Source of the DNA: Nemertoderma westbladi
Taxonomy: Eukaryota > Animalia > Xenacoelomorpha
Assembly (NCBI GenBank): GCA_032718475.1
Contig: JAUCBJ010006847.1
Coordinates: 3,610-67,609, forward strand
Direction: 5' to 3'
Length of the DNA stretch: 64,000 bases
The notes beneath the pieces are model-generated. The model saw nothing but the letters and a program-made list of their open reading frames with translations, was not told where the DNA came from and did not search any database. Positions 40,196-52,252 of this stretch are shown piece after piece. Position 1 is the first letter of the stretch. Each line of letters begins with the position of its first letter. A program made the translations under genes and the position numbers.

Positions 40196-40935
40196 CCCAT
40201 CACGGATTGGTCGTTGCTTCAGGTTGAATTACAATGCCAGTGTTGAGTCTGTTTGGGGTTTAGAAATATTCTGAGGGATCAGCGCCAGATCACGGCAGTT
40301 CATGCATGATAAGGCATGGTATATCGCATATCACATTACGATAATAAATGGGTGGTGTTGTGTGATAATGCATAGTACAACAAAATAGCATAATGCAGTA
40401 TAACACTGGGTGGTACAGCACATCAGTGCAATTTACAGCATGGGACACCATGTCATGGTATAAGAATGGTACATGATAGTTGTACCAACATGAGCTTTTG
40501 GTATAAAATTGTAACTGCTTGTTTTGTACCTGCATGCTACAGAAAGCATAAAACATCATACTACGAAATGCATGAGCATCTCATGGGATGAATAGTAAAG
40601 CATTCCATGATGGATAGCATGTTGTAGAACACTCTAGCATAGGATAAAACAGTATGGCCCTGAGGCAGGGCTGGGATCGCATGGCATCATACTACATAAT
40701 AGCAATGGCATGTACACATCAATGCAGATAAAGCATATCGGATAAGCATGATCATACTTTACTTTGGACATTATGGAATGGTGAATCTCATACAGCACAG
40801 GATCGTTACAAGCCAGCTTGCTGGTATTTCTAGTATTATGAAATATAATAATCTTAATATGTTGATAGAACTGTTACCTTTTTTTATAATAATAATTATG
40901 ATATTCTTAAAAGCATAAATTTGTATTTCGATAAA

Positions 40936-43437
40936 ATGACAAAGGTATATATTATCATCAAATATACTGGGTTTTCCGGACTGAAGTGGTCTGGAGACAT
41001 TTTAGGTTTGGTCGACAATCCGGGTAGAATTGTGACACTCGAAGAAATTCATGTGGGGTCGAGTGTGGCGTGGGTAACCACAGAAGTTGCTGATCTAATA
41101 ATATGGGTTGTTACACCAGAATTGTTGGAATTTCTACAGGAGTACACCCAAGAAATTTTACGGGGACCTCTGGGCATCGCTGTGTTGTTTGAGAGTACGC
41201 CAACAGTAGATGGTGGGGAACTGGTAACGGAATGCAGGTTACCGCTTACAGCTGCATTGCTACCAGTAGCCTGTAGGGCCAAATGGATAATCATTAACGG
41301 TATTGAAGAAGGAATGTCTGACAAGTTTAAGAAGGAGTAAGTATTTATAATTGGATCTACTCATCTCCATATTCATTAAGACCACAAATTGTAGCAAGTC
41401 GCCCATGATCACAGTTAATCATTAATTGGAGCGGTAGAGCTTGTTTAAGTAACACATGGTTTACTATTATATATAGCCTAAAATATTTTTTAAAATTTAT
41501 TTAAATATTCTTTCCAACATTGATCAGACTTTGCGGAATTTAAATAACTTTTTGTGGAACTCATTGCACGTATAGAATTGCCTATATATCTTTTGGCACT
41601 GAATAACATATTTTAGTCCTGTGAATCATTTGGACCTGGGGAATCTTTAGAACTATGGAACATCTGGAACCAGCTTCGCCCACCCAGCTGTAATGATTAC
41701 CTGGCTTGTGCAGGTCGTATAAGGAAAGTGTTTTACAAAGGGGGAGGGAGTATTCGACCTTGGGAGAAAGTTTACATCATCTCTACTTTATAGTTAACGT
41801 GGTAAGACCATTGGTAAGACCAATGAGGTAAGACCATTGGAACCTCCTGGATTTCGTGTTCACATTCACCAATAACTTTACTGAACTTATATACCATTAA
41901 CCCTGTGCATCTATTATATGGAAATCACTAATAACGTCTTAGAACACCTCTACATGGTGTTGATACCATAAATGAATACGCCTACTACTCGTTAGGAAAA
42001 ATATGTTTGAACGAATAATTAAATATATTGTGACAATTATAGTTTCTGACCTCAATCATTTCTATTTTCAGGTTTGTTGTTGAAGTAAATAGTACTCTAT
42101 CAGAATTCCAAACATTGGAAGTGGAAACGAATTCACTATCATATGAGACTAGAGACACCCTTCTTAACGATGTACCATATGACGAATATATTTATTACAA
42201 TCCACCTGCTCCGGAAATTGCTGATGTTAGCCTTACCAGAGTATCATGTGACGAATGTGACGAATATATATATTACAACCCACCCGCTCCTAAACTTCCT
42301 GATGTTATGCAAAAATATAATAGAAAACTATTAAAAAGAAGAAATGCCGGCGTTTCTGGTACATTAGCAGGTGTATTTAATACCAAGATAAAGTACAAGT
42401 CGAGCAACAAAGCAAATCTGAAGGAAATTAGAATAGTTCCTAGTAAAGACATCTATACTGTAGGAGATATGATCGTTATAATATTACACCTTGGAAAACG
42501 ACAAGCCAAGAAGGAATACACAATAAAATTCACTTTAAAAGAAACTTATAAAACTACGAAAGCGATGCCCGAATTGAATAATATGTTGGAATGCAGTATA
42601 CCGGATTTAGTAGGTTCCGTAAACATTGAGGTATTAACTCAAGATAAGGTCAGTTCATCCAGAATACTCGTACAATCATGTAATGACTATTTGGCAACAG
42701 TGTTAAGGAAAACTTTAAATCCATTTGAGTTTATCAAAGATTGCACAGGAGCAAAAGACAGAGATGAATTGGACGACATTATGTGTGGAGAATTCGCAAA
42801 GAAAAAACCTCAGTTTGTATTCGACCTCCCACCACGAGGCAAGTTTGTCAGATCTTATACAATGCTGCACTTTGCAGCTGAATTTGGCCTTCCCAAACTT
42901 TGTATGATGTTGTTGGATTGCCCGGGATCTAATGGTGGAATTGGTATCAAAAATCGCGACAACTTGACGCCGATACAATTGTCCCATAGAGCCGGTTATT
43001 CAGAATTGAGTGAAGTTTTACTTGATCGGTCTTCTGGTGGAACGCCCAGAGATAATGGAGTAGTTGATTGGGAATATAACCCCCTCGTTAGAGAAGATTC
43101 ATTTCGAGACATCGAGGGTGATGATTATGATAATTTAGAAGATTACCTTTTGAAGTCTGAAGATGATGAGTATGAAGATACTTACAGTGTTATCTCAAAC
43201 ATACAATCAGAGTCAATGGGAGATCTGGATGTACCTACTTCAATAACTTGGAATAAGGATGAGTACCTTGAGAATATTTCCCAGCAGCTCATAATTGGCG
43301 AGATAGACAAGGAAAGGTTCTGTGAGTTATACGAGATGATCTTCCCTTCAGATACAGGGAAAAATAAAACAAATCAAAGTGATTCTAAACAGAAAAAAAC
43401 TCGCACTAGACAGAGAAGCAACAGTGCTAACCAATAG
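40936..43437 (+). CDS. BCAP/BANK1/Dof-family adaptor, copy C: join(40936..41336,42072..43437), 588 aa
   Basis: Same phase-2 intron, in-frame join, same domain motifs. Tyr-rich linker and tail. Confidence 0.9.
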
Positions 43438-45115
43438 GGGGAAATGAAGCAGAATGGTTGATAAAGCTGCAGTTATCGCGATTCATGCGGAGTTCTTGTA
43501 TGTCAGTATTACAGTTTTAGAGGAATTCTATTTCGTAACTATACTTTGCTTTTCATATATAGATATATGCGGTTGTAGAACATTTTAACATTTATCTGGT
43601 ATTCATTCGAGCATTACATATATATATTAATATAGAAATAATTTTAAGTTTGCAGAATTGACTCACAAATCAGAAATCGTTCTCTGAAAAAATTTGGTGA
43701 GGAATGGTTTTATGGTAGCATCAATGAATTGGTACATAACCAGGATTACTATTCACCTAATTTAAATTTATTAAAATATAAAATATTATGCATCTTGCTA
43801 AAGTGCAGCAAAAACTGTACTGAAGATAAATATAATTTTTGTTTCCAGACAAATTGATGAAATAGAGTATCAGTCATTCATTCATAACTAACAGTTCAGT
43901 AAAGCCGTTACTGGCAGTAAAGTCTTTACTGGCCGTCAGACAATGAATAAATTATATTTGTAAAATGATTAGATTAATACTGTGAAAATGCATATACGAA
44001 AGGAAAAAATCCCCTTTTGTTTCAAAGGGTCTGTGTCCCGCAAGCTGAACTGCTATTATTCTATTCTATCTACAAAATTTTTTTTGACCTACCTAAGCAT
44101 ATACCAACCAGGTCCAGATATGGTATGAAAGTTTTGTGAAATTGTGTACCACCGTCGTCACCCCTGACCTGCACGTATACGTTGTCGCCACTGCCACAAG
44201 TATGCACCATACAAAGGAGTGGAGGATCAAGTCTAAATTAAATTTCATCAACCAAAACAAAAACAAACTGCTTCCCGCGATATGTTCATACCCATTCGTG
44301 GGTCGTCGAAACATAAAAATTGAGGCGCCTCCTATCCCTCCGATTAGGACTGTACTAAGAAATTCCACAACTAAACTTTTGACCATCATCGTAACAAAAC
44401 TACAGAGTGATTAAATAATAATTAGCTACCGACGCTGGGTATTATTGTCAAAATGATGAACAGCATTGGCAATCTGAACTGTGTGTGACGGAAATGGTTG
44501 GCTCAGCTCCCGACCGTTGACTTTTTGTTAGGGCTTGTTTCTTAAATCGCTAGCTTAGGCTGCAGATAGCTGTTGGGGTCTGGCTAAAGAAACTTAGTTG
44601 CTGTTCTTTTTGCTGCATAATATATACACCGGTAGGTGACTGCAATGTAACTGGCTAAGATGCTAGACCTGTAGCCGCTGCTGCAGCATTGCTGCATGCA
44701 CTTAAGCTAGAGGCACAAAACGTTTCACCCATAATGTGTTAAATTGCCAACTGCCGCTCTGTCTGATCAGGGATGGGCCTACTGTAACTGATGTCAGCTG
44801 AACGGTAAACTGTGAGTTGATAATCGCACCAATGGTGGTCTTAGTTGATACGCCCTGTTCATTGGCTGCTGATATCACGAGATTTCATATTCCCTGGGAC
44901 TGTTGCACCAAGCACTGGTTACCAGCTACCAGTTCCACCAGTTACCAGCTAAACTTGTTGCAATAAAGTCACAAGCAATCACTGGTATCCATCCACCACT
45001 GGTAAACCAGCGATTTTACCAGTAAATTCGCTGGTATTATCAGTGACTGTTGCACAAAGACTACCAGTTCTTTTAATTAACTGGTTGGCCCTGGTTACCG
45101 TTACTATCATAATTA

Positions 45116-45377
45116 TCGCGGGAATTCCTGAAGACCAGTTGTGGTAACCAAAAATAATAATAATTATAAATAAGCGAATATTGCGGCCACAGGCCTTTAA
45201 GCAACGCTAATGGTAAAAATATTTTTATCATTAGCGTTGCTTAAAGGTTTAAGCAACGCTAATGGTAAAAATATTTTTATCATTAGCGTTGCTTAAAGGC
45301 CTGTGGCCGCAATATTCGCTTATTTATAATTATTATTATTATTGGTTACCACAACTGGTCTTCAGGAATTCCCGCGA
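45116..45377. repeat. 262-bp near-perfect palindrome with a tandemly duplicated 52-bp central hairpin
   Basis: TCGCGGGAATTCCTGAAGACCAGTTGTGGTAACCA... mirrors ...TGGTTACCACAACTGGTCTTCAGGAATTCCCGCGA. Confidence 0.95.
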
Positions 45378-45593
45378 GAATGAAGACTACCAGTTTATGG
45401 AACTGGTGGAACTTTACTGGTAAAAAACATCCAATTCTTATCAGTCGCGTTGTGACTGATAAGGTTTGTACCAGTCGGTTATATGCTTAGTTGATATCTT
45501 ACACTAGGCTATACAGTACTGTAAGGTAAATTTAGTTTCAGTTCAAGTTGATATCTGACACTACCAGTATACTGTACGGTAAATATCTGACAC

Positions 45594-46804
45594 TGTAAAG
45601 GCTTTTGCGTAATTAGCCGGTTATTTTCCCCATAAAGTACTCTGTAGTTGGTTTACCAGGCATAAAAAGGCCGTATCCTTACTGTACTGGTGTTTTAGAG
45701 GACATAAAAGTAATTTCTGCTGTATGTGTACTTTAGCGGACATAATCCGCAATTCTATGACGTAAAAGCCGAAATACTCTTGAACAGTGTAGTTACTATG
45801 ACGACAGCTAATAGCTGAGCTGTACACGTGGAGCCTCTGCACGGAGCCTTGGTTCTTTGTTCTGCTCAACTCAGATGACGACATCTATCAGCTGTGTCCA
45901 CGTCAGTTCGACCAATCAGAGATTTTCCCTTTGTGTAAAAAGCTGTACAGCAGAATCCCATGATTCAGTACTGACGATTCCCCCACGCCTTGAACACCGG
46001 CCGGGGAATGTTTTCTGACATTAGAGCGTCTTTAATTATAAGATCATCAAACTGTTATCTCGGTACTGACTACAGCACCTCGGTCTTGGTTAACTTGGTC
46101 AACTTGGTTAAGTACACTTGCATTATTTACTGCTATTTACTGTGTTGTTAATTGTATCGTTCGTTTACATATTATTATTGGGAAGAATATTGATAACGAT
46201 CCGAAACCCCAATCTTCTTGATACACTAAGGTTAGAGAGACCGGTTACATATAACAATTTGCGACATACATTATCGTGGTTTGTAGTGAGTTCAATGCTA
46301 CTTAATAGGCCCTACAAATGTCGGTTGCTGTTCTCTTTATATATGATTAAAATCAGTGAATATCGGCAATTCATGTATGCAGTTGTGTGCAATAGTCTGT
46401 GTGTGCTTGACCGAGTAACAAAGCATTTCCTAAAGAATGCACTTTGGTGATCTATAAGACATACCGTTGTGTATAGTGTAAGTCATAGCTCTGTTTAAAT
46501 AGATAGAGTGCCACGTCCTAAAGGAACTGCTAATATTTCCCGAAAGTGAATAATATTCGTCAGAGATTATATATTAACGATCAATCGAATAGTACGGTAG
46601 GCCTGCACCGCAATCAAATTAAAGCATCCAAATCCAGTCTCCCGGGTATATCCAGCGGGTGAATGGTCGCGCACAGACTGGCTTTGGCTAATGTTAGAAT
46701 TATTATAGGTGTTCAATACTTGTCATAGGCTGGAGTAGATTTATAACCTAGAAGACATATAGATTTGGCGGGTTAAACTGCCAAAGGTCTTAAAAGCGCG
46801 AATA
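45594..46804 (+). repeat. 5' LTR
   Basis: Near-identical to 55273-56483; the terminal ACA reads ATA. Confidence 0.95.
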
Positions 46805-49054
46805 ATAACAGTTTGTAAAATTCTTGATTGCAGTGTAGGCAATAAATACAGTTTAATATTGTTCTGGTAAGAACAATAACAGTTTGTAGGATCTTGATTG
46901 CGGCGTAAGCGATCAAGACTAAAGTACCAGTCGACCGGTAACCAGTAGGCCTGACTGCCTGATCATCCGGACCGGTACTTACAACAGTACAGGTACAGCA
47001 GTATTATTCGATTTTGATAGTTATATACCGGTAGGCCTTAATAATTAATCAGGGAGGGCCCGCCCTGGTTTTTTATTGAGATTTTACTTATTTCTGTCAG
47101 TTTTATTTATTTGTAAGCCAGTATTGAGCAGAAGGCGTGTAAGCCTGCTCAGATTGTACAGATAATTTGTAGGCTGGACTGTTGTCTAACTGTTGTTGAG
47201 TCTGAACGGATTGCAGTGCATGTAGAGTGTATGTCCGATAAAGTACGGTTAGGAAGTAGGGGCAGCCAGAGCTGTAAGGTCAATCCCCACCTAAAAGAAT
47301 AAGTCGTACTACCGTGTTAGAACGCATACTAACTAACCATTTTGGAATCTGCATATACTGTAGTTTATTTAGGCTTGATAGTAGTCTGCCAGCGTTTTAG
47401 CCTGTGTTTGTTTGTGTGGTCTGTTCAGGTACCGTAATAGTTATTACTCAGATATTTTGTAGGCTGGATTGTTGTCTGGCTGTTATTAGGTCTGAAGAGA
47501 TTGCTGCGTGTGTAGAGTTTGTCTGATAAAGTGCCAGTTAGTAAGTTGGGGCAGCCAGAGCTGTAAGGTCAATCCCCTCTTAAAGAATAAGTCGTACTAC
47601 CGTGTTAGAACGCATACTAACTAACCATTTTGGAATCTGCACATACTGTAGTTTATTTAGGCTTGGTGGTAGTCTGCCAGCGTTTGGTTTGTATTTTGTT
47701 TGAGTATTCTGTACGGGTAGCGTAATATTTATTATTCAGAGTTTATGCGATTATTCGCAACATTCATGTCCCCAAGTTTATTCCTACAGTAATTGTGCTT
47801 GTTACACATACCGTTATAGTTAAATTAACCCCGGTACTACACGGGCTGCTTGGCGTAGGTAAAGACTGGCGACTTTGTGCTCCGGTCACTCCAGCAGATG
47901 CCGTGGTTCTTTTAACTGTTCAAGTATTTTTAACTACTGATTATCTGTTGTACAAGTACTCGTACCTAATTTAGGGTTTAGTGTACAGTGCTTTCCGAAG
48001 GTAATTAGAGTGTGGGCAGTATATTTGTGTTGTAAAGTGGTTAATAGGCACGTTGGTTCTGGTAGACCGCGGTAATTAACTTCTAGGTAGGGACACTCCG
48101 TGATACATAACGTAGTACCTATAGCGATACGGCTATAGGTCGTCAGACAGTGGTATTTTCCTATCTGGACAACACAGTGTATTTACTACTACTTATTATT
48201 TTCAAATACCGTAGTATCCTGTCCGTTGTAATAACCAGAAAATCTAACACTCTGTTAGACTGGTTTGTAGTTCCCTGTAAAATTACCCTAAAATTTCGTA
48301 CGTAATATTTTTGTTGTGTTTAATTAGAGATTTAATCTCATCCGTATCGTAAGTAATTCGTAGATAAGTAACTTAGGAAGTAGAATTATTTGTTTTAGTG
48401 TCCAATAAGTAGCACTTCACTGAGAGCGCACAGCTTTTGCGTAGTGATTACTTCCCAGAAATAATAACATCTATTTCAATATTGTAACAAACCCCTCATA
48501 CGGGTACATATAAATCCACTAAATCTATTAATAAAATAGTAGGCCTGTTATACAACACTTAGGTCTTAATATCAGTTGGACTGCTGCTCAAATAACGGTA
48601 ATAAAGTAGGTAAAGTAACCAAGTAACCCCTAACATTCAGAAATTCAATTATTTTAAAATAATTGACATACCGGTATTTACAATAGGCTTATTATATTTA
48701 TTCTATAAATTTAGGTTGAAATCATACCGGTATTCTGCAATTAATTCTAGTCTGTAATAATTATACTTATATATACTATAAGTGTCAGCTGTACACCGGT
48801 ATTCACGATAGGCCTATTATATATTTATATATATTTGTGCTAAAATTATATACCGGTACTCTGTGACAAATCTAGTCTGTAATAATACTTATATATATAC
48901 TATAAGCATACCGGTATTCTAATATATTATATATATATCACGCTACACTGAGCAGCAGTATCGGTAATTAATTATTAGGCTAACAGTGATACTGAATTAC
49001 TAGACTTACTTTAGCTGTATTTATAGCCGTAGGCATTCAACTGTGTAAACAAAC

Positions 49055-52000
49055 ATGTCTGACACAAAACGGGCACTGTCAGATAGTCTTTTGGAAGGTG
49101 TTAGAATGAGTCTTAGACTTGGACAGGGTCTTGAAAGGAAGATGGCAGAGGCAATGGCAACAGCAGAAACGGAAAGAAAGGCGGCAGAGGCAATGGCAAC
49201 AGCAGAAGCGGAAAGAAAGGCGGCAGAGACAATGGCAACAGCAGAAGCAGAAAGAAAGGCGGCAGAGGCAATGGCAACAGTAGAAGCGGAAAGAAAGATA
49301 GAGACACCTGTACTCCCAGAACCTGCCTATAAATTCCCTTTGAACAGTACTAAACTACCTGTGCCCAGTAGGACTGTTCCCGAGTCCGAACCCGTCCTGG
49401 ACGCCGAGCGAGATATCAAGAATTTATCGCCCGTCGTCTCTCGCTCGCCCGCTACTAAGTTGGCGACTCCCGCTTCGGCGGTTGAGTGGGTAGCTGAGGG
49501 ACGACGGGAGATGGGTCTCCTGCTCGAGCAGCTGAGGGAACACTGTTTGTGCTCTTCTCAGCAGGTCCGGGAAATGGAAGAGACTGTTCAGCAGCTCAAG
49601 GGAACAGTAAGGGAAAGTAGGTTAGAGTTGCAAAAGGTGCAGCAAAGTATCGCGTTAGAACGCGATAAATTAGTCAATTTACAAAAGGGTATACCACCAC
49701 CCCCTGTAACAATGTGTCAACCCGTTAGGTCTGAAGTATCTCATGCGCAAGGTGTAGAGCCTACACGCATCTATACTGCTAGTGAAGTAGAAACTCCTAT
49801 AGTAAACCCTATTCAGGGTGATTATAAACCTGTTGATAATAATATTCCATATAGACCTGATCATAATCCGAGAAATTTATATACCGATAATTCTATATTC
49901 AATAATACGATGGCTCAAGAAAGTTTTACGCGTCAAATGGCTAGAACCGAAGCCCGTCAAGCAGTAAAGGTTGGAGAGATCGTCAAGTTCAATGGAGATG
50001 AGATGAAATGGTTACCTTTTAATGAATATTACAAAGATAACATACAGAATTCTGTGCTATCTAACGGAGAGAAACTCAGATACCTCATCGAATGCTTGGA
50101 AGGACCTCCCAAGTTAATGGCGTTAAAATTTATTGGACATCCAGATGGATTAAGACAAGTTTGGGATACATTAAACATCAGGTATGGTAATAGGACTAAC
50201 ATAGCTAGGTATTTATATGCGAAATTAATGGCGCCCCGAAAGTTTCTTAGCAGCGGGATTATAGAATTTTCCGATGAGATTCAGGAGATCTGTAGACAGC
50301 TAGATTGGTTAGGTAAGTCTCATGAATACCAGAACTCTATGGTTGTAGGAGCCTTAGCATCTACTTTACCAAAGGGTGGAGTAGGTACACGCTGGGACAA
50401 GAAAGTGTTATATATGATGGAACAACAACAACGAGACCCTACCATGGCTGATCTCATGTCCTTCTTAGATAGTGAAGTAAAATTACTACTCATAAAGCAG
50501 TCCAGAGAGAAAACATCGGAAAATAAGGTAAGTGAGAAACCCATTTCTAGGAGAAGGGTAACACCAGTGTGTTATACTGACGACGGCGAAAGCCAAGTCT
50601 CTCAGGAAGAGGACAACGGGAAAGACACAGCAAAATCTTACTATGATAACAAGACCTATAAAGACGTAAGTAAATATAAGTCTCGAACCAGGGACAGGAG
50701 AGAACAGGTAACAACAACTCCTCCTACGTCTCCTAAGAGAATTCACGGAAGAAAGCCCGAAGAAAGAACGAGAGTGCATAACGTTGCCCAAGGTAAAGTG
50801 AGTAACATCAAACCAAAATGTGCGCTGTGCGACGGGCCCCACCGTTTGAGTGTGTGTGCTGAATTCCTAAAGAAATCCCTGGTAGACAGACGTGAAGTCA
50901 TGTGGGATAAGCGGTTATGCTATAATTGCCTCAGACCAGGACACCAACGGCGAACCTGTTACTCCGAAGTAAAGTGTGCAAAGTGCAGTGAGAAACATCA
51001 CATCTTGTTACGCAGTGAATTCGAACGAAACAACCCGAGTCAGGTAAGTGAGCCCGAACTACATGTCCAATTCAGTGATGTAAATGACACTGATCAAGAG
51101 TCTGAGATGGAAGGATTCTATACGGACGAATTCTCCGACGCCAATGAATCCTGTTACCTAATAAATACCGCAGTGTATCGAGCACTTACGTATGAAAAGG
51201 ACACCGACAATGAGTTCCCCCCAACTACCTTTGACAGACAACCATCTTGGAAACCTCCAACTTCCAACGTAGGAATCAGAGAATTTCCTGTAGTGCAGGT
51301 AAGAGTTCACGGTCCCAACAAAAGTTACATAGTGAACGCCCTCCTTGACTCCGGCAGCACAGGAACATTCATCGATCAAGAACTAGCCGAAGATATCTTT
51401 GCTGGACAACCCAAATTCCGAACTAAGTTGGATATGTCAGGAATTATGCAGGTTTGGAAATCTACCATAACGGCAGATTACTATGTAGGTGCATTGTCCA
51501 CCCCCCAGGATAAATTAGGAGAACAAAGTATAAGGTCAGTAAAAATGGTGGCTATAAAGAACTTCGCTACTACCCAGGTAGAACCTTATAACTGGGACGA
51601 GGATGAGAGCATCCAGCAGCTTAAGATACCTCGATTCCACACAGATTATCCTGGAGTGCAAATACTCATCGGCCAAAACGCGCATGAGGCGCTAGAGACA
51701 TTGGAGAAACGGCCTGCTCAACCACAGCCACTACAAACCTATGCAGTAAGAACTAGAGTAGGTTGGTACTTCACTGGCCCTTCCCGTAGAACTCTCAAAG
51801 AGAGATTACCTCAAGAACAGGTATACCAAGTAAAGGAATGGGAAGTGGAGAGCAGTGAGGTGGACGACCCAACTGAGGGAACACCATACTCCTCAGATAA
51901 TGACGATATTAACTCCAATGTAGATCAATGGAGACATTGCCTTGGGACGATTAATCCAGCCGACATTGCTTCCAGAGGAGCAACTCCTCAAGAACTGATA

Positions 52001-52252
52001 GATACTCCAGGCTGGTTAGGTGGATCCGACTTCTTAAGTAAAGAAGAAGAAGAATGGCCTCCTCATATTACCACGGCGCAGATTAGACAGGCCAAGGGAG
52101 CGGAGAAAGTAACACAACAACTCAATCGCCCAGCTGGTCGTTTATGTTTACTGGAAAGAGACCGAAAACTGTCCGGAAACTATGGAAGGCAAGATACTCT
52201 TCCTACGACCACTTCCCTAATCCGACAAATATCTAGGGACTCCATAACGTAA
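49055..52252 (+). CDS. BEL/Pao Gag-protease fused to an RNase H C-terminal remnant (1065 aa); RT and integrase absent
   Basis: KFNGDEMKWLPF...EKLRYLIECLEG (Pao gag); Cys-His knuckles CALCDGPH, CYNCLRPGHQRRTC and CAKCSEKHH; protease ALLDSGS; then QWRHCLGTINPADIASRG. No YVDD motif or integrase core. Confidence 0.92.
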   Translation: MSDTKRALSDSLLEGVRMSLRLGQGLERKMAEAMATAETERKAAEAMATAEAERKAAETMATAEAERKAAEAMATVEAERKIETPVLPEPAYKFPLNSTKLPVPSRTVPESEPVLDAERDIKNLSPVVSRSPATKLATPASAVEWVAEGRREMGLLLEQLREHCLCSSQQVREMEETVQQLKGTVRESRLELQKVQQSIALERDKLVNLQKGIPPPPVTMCQPVRSEVSHAQGVEPTRIYTASEVETPIVNPIQGDYKPVDNNIPYRPDHNPRNLYTDNSIFNNTMAQESFTRQMARTEARQAVKVGEIVKFNGDEMKWLPFNEYYKDNIQNSVLSNGEKLRYLIECLEGPPKLMALKFIGHPDGLRQVWDTLNIRYGNRTNIARYLYAKLMAPRKFLSSGIIEFSDEIQEICRQLDWLGKSHEYQNSMVVGALASTLPKGGVGTRWDKKVLYMMEQQQRDPTMADLMSFLDSEVKLLLIKQSREKTSENKVSEKPISRRRVTPVCYTDDGESQVSQEEDNGKDTAKSYYDNKTYKDVSKYKSRTRDRREQVTTTPPTSPKRIHGRKPEERTRVHNVAQGKVSNIKPKCALCDGPHRLSVCAEFLKKSLVDRREVMWDKRLCYNCLRPGHQRRTCYSEVKCAKCSEKHHILLRSEFERNNPSQVSEPELHVQFSDVNDTDQESEMEGFYTDEFSDANESCYLINTAVYRALTYEKDTDNEFPPTTFDRQPSWKPPTSNVGIREFPVVQVRVHGPNKSYIVNALLDSGSTGTFIDQELAEDIFAGQPKFRTKLDMSGIMQVWKSTITADYYVGALSTPQDKLGEQSIRSVKMVAIKNFATTQVEPYNWDEDESIQQLKIPRFHTDYPGVQILIGQNAHEALETLEKRPAQPQPLQTYAVRTRVGWYFTGPSRRTLKERLPQEQVYQVKEWEVESSEVDDPTEGTPYSSDNDDINSNVDQWRHCLGTINPADIASRGATPQELIDTPGWLGGSDFLSKEEEEWPPHITTAQIRQAKGAEKVTQQLNRPAGRLCLLERDRKLSGNYGRQDTLPTTTSLIRQISRDSIT

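Noticed and set aside
46118-46450. 110-aa hydrophobic ORF present twice (also 55797-56129)
   Set aside because: It lies inside the LTRs, starts at TTG and has no recognisable motif. The duplication is explained by LTR identity.
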